A stretch of 64,000 nt of DNA from an uncultured Verrucomicrobiae bacterium. Lineage in GTDB: Bacteria; Verrucomicrobiota; Verrucomicrobiia; Chthoniobacterales; JAFAMB01. Both the position numbers and the translations under genes were made by a program. The notes under the pieces are model-generated. The model saw nothing but the letters and a program-made list of their open reading frames with translations. It searched no databases and was not told the DNA's origin. Location: the NCBI GenBank assembly GCA_963762565.1, contig CAVXLD010000007.1, positions 32,001 to 96,000 on the forward strand, in the 5' to 3' direction. Shown piece by piece: positions 10,432-20,328 of this stretch (its first letter is position 1; every line of letters begins with the position of its first letter).

Positions 10432-10680
10432 GTACCGAGAGCTGGAAACGCCTGATGATACAGAGTTAGCAGCGACTAACGTGTTAACGCGACAATGCAT
10501 TTCCCAGGCCCGCCGACGCAACTGCCGCGAAGTCTCCAGCTCCGCCCTGAGCGCTCGGACGGTTTCACTTTCGGCTGGGATCATCAGTTAAGTGTTCACA
10601 AAACATACAGCATGATAAAGCGTTTTTCCACGCTATTTGAGGTGAAATTCCCAGAATATTTAATCTACCGGCCGAATGGC

Positions 10681-10803
10681 TCACGTAACAGGCTGTGGCG
10701 GTTCCTTAGCAACGGATGTCACATCGGTTCGAACAGTGTCGCTCGCACAGCCCGAAAGTATGCTTATTAGAGTGCCGACCAATACCGCGCGTATGCGGGA
10801 CAT
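10681..10803 (-). pseudogene. Short or truncated lipoprotein
   Basis: MSRIRAVLVGTLISILSGC lipobox, stop after 40 aa. Confidence 0.45.
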
Positions 10804-11278
10804 CGAATTGGCTTTAAAGCGCGGCTCGCGTAAGACCTGGCTGAAAAGTGGTTCGACGGCACCAATGCGTGGAGGGAAGCATCCCTTCACTGTAGACTTT
10901 TCGTTGTCTGCTTTTCCATTTTTTCCTTTCTTACTCACTACTGCCTTTCCCAGGCAATACCAAAAGCATCTCTTTTCTCGACCTCTTTCAGTTTAGGAAA
11001 CCCCAAGGCCGGCAACCTCCGGTCTGTCAGATCAAGAAGCGCTTCAAAGGCAAAAAACCGGGTCGTAGAGATTTGGTTCGCGGCGCCGCAGGGAGGCAAA
11101 AGAAAAAGCTGGCTCGATCAGCGGGGGAACAGGTTCTGGGGGCCAATCGAGCTAGCAAAGTCATCGTATAAAAATCCGATTTCTAATCAACAGCTTTTTT
11201 GCAGCCCAGATGGTGTTCACGACTTTTCCGTCGAGGCCGCCTTTTGCACCAGGTCCGAACAGAACGCGGCGACTCGCA

Positions 11279-12043
11279 TTGACTGATCCTAATCATCTCA
11301 AATCCGCTGCCGAGTATCTTCTTCAAGTCGCGCGCAGCACTGAAGGCCGCCGTTATCGAAAGCAGCCCAAGATCGACGCATTAAGACAGTATAAGGAAGA
11401 GATCTTGGAAGCCCACCGCTGAGCCGCTAGCGCGGCTGTGAGAAGTGAGAAGTGATTGGTGAGAAGTGAGAGGGTGGCGGATTGGTGAAAGCTGAAAAGT
11501 GAAAGGTGAGAAATGATTAGTGAACGGTGATTGATCAGCATCCACCGGATCGCGCAGATTTTCAGGGAACGCGGTGTTGACATTTCCGTGCCCCATTTGG
11601 TGCGCACCGTCCGGCGTTTTGTCGACGAAGAAGAGAGGGTAGGTGGCCGGTGCCCCACTCCGCGCCGTCTAGCGAGTTCCATGGCAAAGGAACGCCATCC
11701 GGAATCCACTCCCGAAGCAACGAAGCCAAAGGCCCCAGTCACGTACCAGGTTTCTGAACAGCCCAGCAGCCGAGTTCAGGAGGAGGAATTTGCGAAGCAA
11801 TTGCGGCTTGCGCGCTACCTAGCCGCGGCAAGTCTGCCGCCGTCGCGGCCACTGGAGGCGCCACCTGAGGCAAAAACACCCAGGCGAGTGGGAGCTGTTG
11901 TAAAGACGAAGTCTAAAGCGACCGGCAAAAAAGCTGAGGAAGAATTGGCGAAAGAGAGGCGGCGGGCGGGAAGGACGGGTCTGAAGGTGCTGTCAGCTGG
12001 TTCTAGGCGAGGGGAGAAGCAGCGGCGCGGGCCTGGTCGTTGA
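11279..12043 (+). other. Split TraK/StbA-like HTH gene, copy 2 (N-half 11279-11419, insert 11420-11530, C-half 11531-12043)
   Basis: Colinear with 2712-3496, including the insert position. Confidence 0.6.
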
Positions 12044-12661
12044 TAAACCAAAGCGGGAACCGCAACTAAGCGTTGGAAATGTCCTCTTGTTGAAACCGGG
12101 TTTGCTCGACGACTAGGTTCCGGAGCGGTTTTGAGGTGACCAAAATCGCGGAGAAACAGCCCTCGGCGGATCTGGGGCGCCGACTGCGCTAACTTCGAAA
12201 CGCGTCACCTCCACCTTCGGTTCCTTGCTCGAACGCGAGACCGAGCGGCCGTACGGCAACAGGCTGGCGCGTTATCTTGGCGGGGCGAGTCTAGGGCGGC
12301 CGCGGGAAGTGAAAAGTGAGTCAGAGAGAGCGAGGCGTCACCAAGCCCAAAAGGTTTTCCTCCACGATCCGCAAAACGTCTTGCGCGCGAACTGTGACGT
12401 TGGGCATTCTGCCGGGTTGAGTCACTCGGGTTTGAAACGATCGAAAGAAATTTGACCTATATTCACTATGAACATTCTAGTAACGCCAGAGGGCCAGCCG
12501 GTGTTTTGGGATGGCAAAGGGAATTTCAGCTTGGAGAAGAATGATGACTTTGATATGGCGGCACACTTTCAAAAAGTGCTTCCAGATGATGATCCAGAAG
12601 CATTCAGGCAAAAGGCAGCAGAACAGCTCGGGTTGGACGTTCAATACAGGAGTACTAATTT

Positions 12662-12967
12662 GTGGCCGGTCTGTTTTACACCGTGGACCTTACCCGAGAC
12701 GAGCGAATGGCGCGTAATCCGCGACTCGTCGAGAAGTTTCTGGTCGAGCTTTGCCAAGAGCATTGTCCCGACAATTGGCAGGAAGTCGACCGTGAGGCTT
12801 TAGCGATGGCCACAGCGCTAAAAGCTCTCGAGCATCGTTATTCTCCCGCAGTGCTGGGCGGAACGATTGGGCATAAGGAAGCCAGCCGGTATAGAGGCAT
12901 TCTTCCGACTAACCTCGGGCCGGCGAGTTATGATCTAGGCTGTGGGTGCCGGGCTTGGAAGATTTAG
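12662..12967 (+). CDS. Hypothetical protein (101 aa), CxxHC and CGC motifs
   Basis: Frame and length conserved in paralog 56821-57126. Confidence 0.7.
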   Translation: MAGLFYTVDLTRDERMARNPRLVEKFLVELCQEHCPDNWQEVDREALAMATALKALEHRYSPAVLGGTIGHKEASRYRGILPTNLGPASYDLGCGCRAWKI

Positions 12968-13094
12968 GCTTGGGTAGACAAATGCTTACTCGGCGTCGGG
13001 AAACGGCTAACTTTTCGCTCGATCAGAAAATATTAACTCTGGCGGGTATCTGGTTAACATATCGAGCGCCGGTAGGAGTTCACTCTTTGCCACA

Positions 13095-13355
13095 ATGATA
13101 CCTCTCCCAGCCAAAGTCATTAAGATTCAGTTGGACTTCAGTAACAGATTCTCGGCACGAGCCGAGGTCGTCGTACCGGAGAAGATAGTCTACGTCGAGC
13201 TGTTCGACCTCCCAGGTGGAGTCCATGCAACCAACTTGTCGGATGTAGCGCCCGGGAAACACGAACTCTTACTCCACGGTGACGGAAAACCGCCATTCAA
13301 AGTAGGTGATACTCTTTCCGCGAGAGGGTTCTCGCAAGACGAACTGCCTGATTGA
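13095..13355 (+). CDS. Hypothetical protein (86 aa), beta-rich
   Basis: Conserved in the paralog ending at 57515. Confidence 0.65.
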   Translation: MIPLPAKVIKIQLDFSNRFSARAEVVVPEKIVYVELFDLPGGVHATNLSDVAPGKHELLLHGDGKPPFKVGDTLSARGFSQDELPD

Positions 13356-13815
13356 TTTCAGCCAGACGCGCGCAGGAAGATGGACTGCCAGGCGTACACA
13401 GTGCAGAGCGAGAACGCGTTTCAGATCGAGTAGGAGCACAAAGACGATTTAGTCACGGCTCGACGCTCCGCAATCTTACTTGAAAGCGTGTCAACTTCCG
13501 AAGAAAAAGACGCGTATTGAAGAGATGGCACCCGCCAGTTCAATGGGCAGCACACAGAGCAGGGCTTCCACGACTGCCACCAAAAACACAATCTGCCAAA
13601 ACATCGAACCAGGTAACGAAAGGCGCTCGTGTTTCCTGTTGGTTACTGCAAACAACTTCATACCAGTTGTACGCTCTCGGACACTTCGCTTGCATGATCA
13701 TTGCAGAAAAGGCGGATTTATGGCCAAACGAAAGATCGCAGGTGACGAATTTCCTATCGTTGTGACAAAAGGTGACCAGCTCGCATTGTCTGATCAACGA
13801 TCTTGCGCCGGAATT

Positions 13816-14457
13816 TTAATCTTCTGCTGTCTCTTGGAGTGGAAGTGGGCGATTCGGCTTGCGCGCCTTTTCGTTTGTTGACGCGTTGCCGTTCAATACG
13901 CTGTGGTATTTAGCAATTCCGCTCTGATACTCGTCTTGGCCCCTTTTGTAATCCGCGCTGGAGATGAGATGGCTTTGATACATGGCTTCCAATCGCTCCC
14001 GTTTACGTTCGGCTTTTTGGCGCTCCCGCTCAGCAGCCTTGCGGTCCGCTGCAGACAATCTTGCTGACTGCGATCCAGTTTCATTCACGATGACGGTCGG
14101 TTGCGGAGCTGGAGTAGGGCTTGGTACCGGTGCCAGGTGAACCGATTGGGTCGAATTCTCTGCCACGACGATTCCGACCGTTCCAGTATACACTGCATTC
14201 GGGGCTGCTGGCATCGAACCCGGTCGAGTCGCTAATCTAGGAGTCGGCGTAGGCTCCGAAACGATCTGGAGATCTCCCAAATTCTTCCAACGTTTGTTGC
14301 TTGGTGCGATCAGATGAAGGGCCGGGATCGCGACGGCTGCAGAGAAGGCCAGCAGAACGCTCGAAACAACAACCCGGATCAGAATCTTTCCTGGAGTCCA
14401 GCGTGGAGATGAGCCACTCGGTCGCGTATTTAATAGCTGATCGCGACGTTTAGTCAT
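13816..14457 (-). CDS. Hypothetical single-TM protein with Pro-rich linker and coiled-coil tail
   Basis: TM ILIRVVVSSVLLAFSAAVAIPAL; PTPTP linkers. Confidence 0.7.
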   Translation of the reverse strand: MTKRRDQLLNTRPSGSSPRWTPGKILIRVVVSSVLLAFSAAVAIPALHLIAPSNKRWKNLGDLQIVSEPTPTPRLATRPGSMPAAPNAVYTGTVGIVVAENSTQSVHLAPVPSPTPAPQPTVIVNETGSQSARLSAADRKAAERERQKAERKRERLEAMYQSHLISSADYKRGQDEYQSGIAKYHSVLNGNASTNEKARKPNRPLPLQETAED

Positions 14458-14765
14458 CGGCTATCACTGAGTGCTCATGGATTCGTTCGGATCCGGCTTT
14501 TATCAGATAGGATGTGATAGTTGCAAGATCGATCTTCCAAAAACTAGGTGTGCAACGATTCGCCGGTCTTCATCGGCGGACAGCATGTGGCCAGAGTAGC
14601 GATCCCGGTAACAGCGCATAGCTTGAGCGCGTTCGAGAGCATGCGAGCATGAACATCCAACCGAGGCAGCGGCCGCGTGTGCAGCCGTGAGAGGTGATTG
14701 GTGAGAAGTGATTAGTAATCCGATCGAAGGGACATAAGTAGAAAACAGCAGGAAAAAGCGTCAAT

Positions 14766-14960
14766 TCAGGGGAACTCGCCCCACGAGATACGCAGTTGTG
14801 CAGCTTCAACGTCATCGCGCTTGAAGAGCGTTAATCGTTTGCCCCGTCTAACGGGTGCAAGCCAACCGGCCCGTTCGCACCGTTCCAGGATGCTGCGACC
14901 GCCCAGCATGACGCGGGCGTCATTGCAGCGCACAAACGGCGATTGAACTGGCTTCGCCAT
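14766..14960 (-). CDS. Small excisionase/MerR-like HTH protein
   Basis: DARVMLGG...ERAGWLAPVRRGKRLTLFKRDDVE fits the Xis-like pattern; 3' remnant repeated at about 16972-17006. Confidence 0.55.
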   Translation of the reverse strand: MAKPVQSPFVRCNDARVMLGGRSILERCERAGWLAPVRRGKRLTLFKRDDVEAAQLRISWGEFP

Positions 14961-15158
14961 CGGCTGGGATCGCTCCTCTGCTTCCCACCGCAGCAGATTT
15001 GCGGCGTGAGAATTCCGCCTCAGAAGAACGTACCACTTTTTGGGTCATCCTCGCGCTGAATCGGAACGTTCTTGGTCCTTCGCCCAGAAACAATCGCAGT
15101 GGAGGCTCCCAGGTTTTTATCTTAAGATCACGGCAAATGCGAGGGTTCCTCGCTTCCC

Positions 15159-15743
15159 ATGCTTCCTAAACGCCGACCGAAATCAACGAAGGTTGCTCGC
15201 AGAGCTTCTTCGCAGCGACAGCAGAAGCTTAAAAAGCTCTTTCAAAAACCCGCTGAAATGGCGGGTCGGATCAATCGGGTGATAGCAGAGTCGCTTCCCA
15301 GCGCCGGGATGGGTCAGGAGGTCCTCCCACCGGCAGACCAAATCTCAGAAATAATCGCTGTGCCAGGGATCCGAGTGAGTACGAATTTCCGGCGCCGGGC
15401 GATCTCCATACCCTGTGTTCTACCTGTCAAGGAGCCCGCGGAGTCCGCTGCTAAAGAGTTGCGACGCCAAATCCAAGAATACCAAACAACCCTTCCACCG
15501 GGAAAGGAAGTTGTTCTGGAACTCTCTCCATCGATGCAGATCAGAATCGAGAAAATCCAACCCGAGGACCCCCAGATGCTGATCTTAATTGGAACGTTGA
15601 TTGGCAGCGATCCTCCTGAACAAGTCCGAGTCGTTCAGCACGTGTCACAACTCAATATTCGTCTTAGGTCGATCCCGGTCCGAGGGAAGAGGAATGCCCG
15701 AAAAATTACGGGCTTCGGAGTGGATTCCGATCCAGTTTCCTAA
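15159..15743 (+). CDS. DUF6173-like protein
   Basis: C-terminal PQMLILIG...VVQHVSQLNIRL...RKITGF motif. Confidence 0.7.
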   Translation: MLPKRRPKSTKVARRASSQRQQKLKKLFQKPAEMAGRINRVIAESLPSAGMGQEVLPPADQISEIIAVPGIRVSTNFRRRAISIPCVLPVKEPAESAAKELRRQIQEYQTTLPPGKEVVLELSPSMQIRIEKIQPEDPQMLILIGTLIGSDPPEQVRVVQHVSQLNIRLRSIPVRGKRNARKITGFGVDSDPVS

Positions 15744-16044
15744 CGATGGTTCACGCATCCTTACGCGCCGTGATACGTTAGCAGGTCCAAGCTACGCACT
15801 CTTTCGGCATTGAGCCTCTAGGGGTTTTACGCGCCCTCCTGGCACTGCCTTCGCTGGAGATTTTGACTATCAAAAGTCAATTACGTGAATAGCGACGCAC
15901 CCGAGTGTCCAAGCCACAAAAGCAAAGTCATTGCACACGAGAGGTATGGTAGGAACGCATTTATTTGGCGCGAGGTTCCTCCAATAGGCGCTGCTGATAG
16001 GAAGTGAACGGTTTACTGTTAGGCATGTCAGAAAAGGCTAAAGA

Positions 16045-16809
16045 ATGAGAGTTGCCAGTTGGAATGTGAACTCAATTCGAGCTCGAACCGAGCAGGTCCG
16101 GAAATGGCTGGAGAGAACGAATGTCGATGTGCTGCTGTTACAGGAACTAAAGGGCTCAGAATTTCCGGCTGCGGTCTTTGAGGAGTTGGGTTACCAGAGT
16201 GCGGCGGTGACGCAGAAGACGTATAACGGTGTTGCGATTCTTTCTCGCACACCAATGGAGATAATCAGTAAGAGACTGTTAGGAGATGAACTAGATAGCC
16301 ACGCACGTTTCCTGGAAGTGATGATTGAAGGCATGCGCCTCGTGAACATTTACCTCCCAAACGGCAACCCGATCGGAAGCGATAAATTTGCGTACAAGCT
16401 GGCATGGATGGATCGCCTGGCCTTGCAGATGAGGACATGGCTGTTGAGCGGAGTTCCAACGATTGTTGGCGGCGACTTTAACGTGATTCCAGAGGACATT
16501 GACTGCCACAAACCAGCCTCGTGGATTCACGATGCACTATTTCAACCTGAGCCGCGGGCCCGCTACCGCGAAATGCTCGGCCTGGGATATACTGACGCAT
16601 TCCGTTCGCTCCATCCGGGCGAAGGAGGCCAATATACTTTCTGGGACTACTTTCGGAGAGCTTTTGAATACAATCGCGGGATTCGTATCGATCACTTTCT
16701 GCTCTCGCCGGATGCTGCCCAACGGCTGCAAAAATGTGACATCGATAGGGTGCCGCGAGCAGAAGAAAAACCATCCGATCACACGCCCATCGTTGTAGAG
16801 ATTGCGTGA
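16045..16809 (+). CDS. xth: Exodeoxyribonuclease III
   Basis: SWNVNSIRAR, LQELK, YLPNGNP, GDFNV, GIRIDH, SDHTP motifs. Confidence 0.96.
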   Translation: MRVASWNVNSIRARTEQVRKWLERTNVDVLLLQELKGSEFPAAVFEELGYQSAAVTQKTYNGVAILSRTPMEIISKRLLGDELDSHARFLEVMIEGMRLVNIYLPNGNPIGSDKFAYKLAWMDRLALQMRTWLLSGVPTIVGGDFNVIPEDIDCHKPASWIHDALFQPEPRARYREMLGLGYTDAFRSLHPGEGGQYTFWDYFRRAFEYNRGIRIDHFLLSPDAAQRLQKCDIDRVPRAEEKPSDHTPIVVEIA

Positions 16810-17006
16810 ATCGTAACCACTTCGTACGGCGAGGGGAGAGGTTGCCTGAGCATCTCGACAGGCTCGATGCAGGCAAGCGAAGCGCGGCGACGAGTGATTG
16901 GTCAGAAGTGATCTGTGATCGGTAATCCGATCGAAGCGATATAACTAGAAAACTGCAGGAAAAGCGCCAATTCAGGGAAGCTCGCCCCACGAGACACGTA
17001 GTTGTG

Positions 17007-17533
17007 TACCGCAAGTCGGCCAAGATCGATGCACAGAAAGCGCCTTCGATGCGTGCCGCTTATCTGGTCGAACTTGCGCGCAGCTCCAAGGGCGGCCGGT
17101 ATCGTAAATCGGCCAAGATCGACGCATTGAGACAGTATAAGGAAGAGATTTGGAGGCGTATCGCTAGGCCGCTGTCGCGGCTGTGAGAAGTGATTGGTGA
17201 GAAGTGATTAGTGATTCGTGATTGGCAATCCAATCGAAGCAACATAACCAAAGCGGCGAATTCTCCGGACCGTCCAATAGCCACTGGGCTCGGCCGATGG
17301 CCAGAGAGAGAGCACAACTGAGTTTAAAGATGTTGTTGATCGTTTACAACCCATTTTGGTTTTCGATTTTTGTGAGCGAGGAACGAGCGAGCGAAATAAT
17401 CAAAAGGAAAATACAGTCACTCTTCTCAGCGCGGAGCGGAGGCGAGCTCAAGCTTAAAACAGAATAAATGGGGGCAGCCCGTAGGGGGCAACGTTTATGC
17501 CGAATTTGAGCTTGAACTCGCTGAAGCGGAGCG
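17007..17533 (+). repeat. Repeat family member: N-half of HTH gene, hairpin/heptamers and structured non-coding module
   Basis: AYLVELARSSKGGRYRKSAKIDALRQYKEEI, then ggccgctgtcgcggct, GTGA heptamers, and a module matching 10127-10431. Confidence 0.85.
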
Positions 17534-17600
17534 CCCTTGAAGCAATCTGAGGGCACGCTCCCCTACAAGGCCGTCTCGATCCGGCAAATTTCTTGATTAA

Positions 17601-18602
17601 TCAGACGCGGCGTGATCCTCGCCCGACCGCTTTTGGAGAGGTCTTCAAACCCAGAAACGCATGTTTAGCCGGTCGACCGGACGCCAGCCAAAGCTTGATG
17701 ATCTCGAAAAAGATGGCCGTAGTATAAGTAACGGCGATCCAGACGCAGACCGCCTCGATCGGCAGCTGGTACCAGGCTCCAATTCGGATTCCCAGCATCT
17801 GGTTATCCTGATAGCCCCACCATCGATAGGGGACTGCTAGCGTGGCTTCCCAGAGCATGCTCAGAAGCAATACGAAGAAAAGAGTGAAGCTTAAGGCTCG
17901 CCAGTTGACAAAGGGTTCCGCAGTCCGGAAGAAGCTTGCCGAAGGGACAAATCCAACCAAGACCAGGAAAATGAAATATTCCGGAAAGCCTTCCGGGTTT
18001 GGCGAGAATAGCTTCTTGTAAATAATGCCAGCCACGATCAAGCCGGCGCCGAGCACAGCGGAAAGCGGATGGAACTGCACCAAGCGAGGGATATTCTTTG
18101 ATTCCGCGCGGTAATCCGGTTCGGCGTACTTCGCTAACCAATATTCGTCTAACCAGAGATAGATAAGTAGTACGACGATAAAGCCGGTGAGGTAGAAGAT
18201 ATACTCTTCAACCGGAACCGGCCTATTTAAAGCTGGGGCGCTAATCCCTAGGGTGGCGCCCGGATTCTCGAAAACGAAGAAGCGACTCGCGAAGAAAAAA
18301 TCGGTGGCACATCCAATGGGCACTAAGATGCCAAGGGTCCACCAGAACGCCTGCCGCGGGATCTTTATCTCTGCACGTGGGAGGTAGACGAAAGCAATAA
18401 CCAGAATTGGCACGATAAACAGAAGTAGACTCCAGCTGTAGCCGTGCGGTGTCGGATTAGATCCTTCGATTTTTAGCTCACCTGGCGTATGAACGGTATT
18501 CAACGCGATGGCAGCAGGCAGTACGATCATGGCCAGCATGCTAACCACGATCCAAACGCTGGTGTGCGGATCAGGAGCGCGACGGGATACAGATTTTTGC
18601 AT
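17601..18602 (-). CDS. Multi-pass membrane protein with two lycopene-cyclase-like domains
   Basis: About 8 TM segments; repeated PVEEYIFY / LPIEAVCVW motifs. Confidence 0.7.
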   Translation of the reverse strand: MQKSVSRRAPDPHTSVWIVVSMLAMIVLPAAIALNTVHTPGELKIEGSNPTPHGYSWSLLLFIVPILVIAFVYLPRAEIKIPRQAFWWTLGILVPIGCATDFFFASRFFVFENPGATLGISAPALNRPVPVEEYIFYLTGFIVVLLIYLWLDEYWLAKYAEPDYRAESKNIPRLVQFHPLSAVLGAGLIVAGIIYKKLFSPNPEGFPEYFIFLVLVGFVPSASFFRTAEPFVNWRALSFTLFFVLLLSMLWEATLAVPYRWWGYQDNQMLGIRIGAWYQLPIEAVCVWIAVTYTTAIFFEIIKLWLASGRPAKHAFLGLKTSPKAVGRGSRRV

Positions 18603-18717
18603 CGGAACGTGGACCGTTCCAAAGTTTACCCGGGGTCAAGTTCTGGGGCAAATACTTGCCTTGGTTCGGGTGGCAATTCTTGCGCCGGCCGGACTCGAGG
18701 GTCGATCAGCCAAGACG

Positions 18718-19070
18718 CTACGTTTCGTTGGCTTTGGGAGTTAACTTCGTAAACAGGGCGTTCAGCAATCCATTCAGAGCACCACCTGCTCTGCCGCGCC
18801 GCCACATGACCAAAATCTTCCAAGTAACCTCTGCGTCCGCCAGGTGTAAAATGATGACGCCGGGCGGAGAATCATGGATGGCGTAGGCCGGCAAGAGAAA
18901 AACAGCATTTTCGTTGGAGACCAATTCCAAACCGTGGGCAAGGCCTTGCGCCGGGCCGTGAAATTTCGGGCGAAACTTCCCGTACCTTTTGCAGTATGCC
19001 TCGAGTCGCTGCTCCGGAAGAGCAATGTAACCTCATTAAACAGGACCCAGATAGTACAGACGGTATTCGG
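18718..19070 (-). pseudogene. LysR-family substrate-binding domain remnant
   Basis: CKRYGKFRPKFHGPAQGLAHGLELVSNENAVFLLPAY...VMWRRG; no HTH. Confidence 0.7.
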
Positions 19071-19094
19071 GGCGCTAACCTGATCCGCTAGGGT

Positions 19095-19625
19095 TTGGTC
19101 TATTTGCATCGGATCGCGCAGATTTTCCGGGAACGCGGTGTTGACATCTCGGTTCCCCATTTGGTGCGGACCGTCCGGCGTTTTGTCGACGAAGAAGAGC
19201 GGGTGGCTGGCCGGTCCCCCGCTCCGCGCAGCCCAGCGAGTCCCATGGCACAGGAACGCCATCCGGAATCGGCTGCCGCTGAAGCAACGAAGCCAAAGGC
19301 CCCGGTCACGTACCAACTTTCTGAACAACCCAGCGCCAGAGTCCAGGAGGAGGAATTTGCGAAGCAATTGCGGCTTGCGCGCTACCTGGCCGGGAGAGGC
19401 TCGCCGCCATCGCGGGCGCTGGAGCCGGCTCGCCCGCCAAGAACGCCGAAGCAAGAGCGACCCGTTGCAAAGACGGGGGCTAAAACCAAGGCGGGAACCG
19501 GCAGCAAGAAGGCTCGGGAGGAAGAATTGGCGAAAGAAAGGCGGCGGGTGGGACGGGTGGGTCAGAAGTTGCCATCGGCCGGTGCGGGGCGAGGGGAGAA
19601 GCAGCGGTCGGGCCCGGGGCGTTAG
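19095..19625 (+). other. C-half of TraK/StbA-like gene, copy 3 (no N-half, no heptamer array)
   Basis: 176-aa ORF colinear with 2966-3496. Confidence 0.6.
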
Positions 19626-19911
19626 ATGCGCGGCATTCGAGATGGCTTAACGGCCAAACTGTTTTCGGTATCACGAGTCTGACCTCACATCGGCCCACAA
19701 TGGATTGTCTATTGGAACAGCAGATAGGCTTGATTTCGTTCGACGCTCTGCTAGCGAACGGAGCTCACCAATCTAGATAGGGGAGTGGAGACGTGTGGCA
19801 CGCGCTTGTAGACAAAACCCTTTCTGATGTCGTCCTCGGTCTTGTAGTTGGGGTTCGGCAAATCTATTTGGACGTCATTTACGAACTGAACAAAGAACAA
19901 AAAGAATAAAT

Positions 19912-20313
19912 ATGAGCGAATACCACGTCAAAATGCAGAAGAATCTGGACAAGATTCTTTTCGATGACGTCGGGGAAACGCCTGCTGAAGTGCGGCAGAG
20001 ACTGGAAAGAGAAGGAGTCGATGTCAAAGCGCTGGTCGCACGTGTAAAGATGGCGGCGGGGACGGCGTACCGTGAATTGTTGACTGAGGAGGCAAAGCAA
20101 GAACAGTCGCGGACTGCGAAATCGAAAGGGCAGATTTTCGGGAATCTTGTTGGACTTGGGCGCGACAAGCTTCTCGAGTTGATTGATGCGGCTGCTAGAG
20201 GCCAATTCGGTGCAGAGGTGATGGCGCGCTGTCGGAATCAAGACGCTGAAAAGCTTTCAGAGGACGATCTAAGGACGCTTTTGGAGGACATCGAGTCCAC
20301 GATTCGAGAATAG
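19912..20313 (+). CDS. Hypothetical helical protein, likely partner of the downstream peptidase
   Basis: 133-aa ORF ending 15 nt before the IrrE-like gene; acidic tail LSEDDLRTLLED. Confidence 0.8.
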   Translation: MSEYHVKMQKNLDKILFDDVGETPAEVRQRLEREGVDVKALVARVKMAAGTAYRELLTEEAKQEQSRTAKSKGQIFGNLVGLGRDKLLELIDAAARGQFGAEVMARCRNQDAEKLSEDDLRTLLEDIESTIRE

Positions 20314-20328
20314 TCCTTTAACAAAGCA

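Larger units (their letters stand above)
12468..13384 (+). repeat. Three-ORF module, copy 1 (direct repeat of 56626-57543)
   Basis: High DNA similarity over about 915 bp; ORF A has a 1-nt deletion near 12648 relative to copy 2. Confidence 0.92.

Noticed and set aside
11420..11437. In-frame TGA followed at once by a hairpin, resembling a selenocysteine SECIS
   Set aside because: Another in-frame TGA follows 10 codons later, and other copies have TGG or TAG at this position
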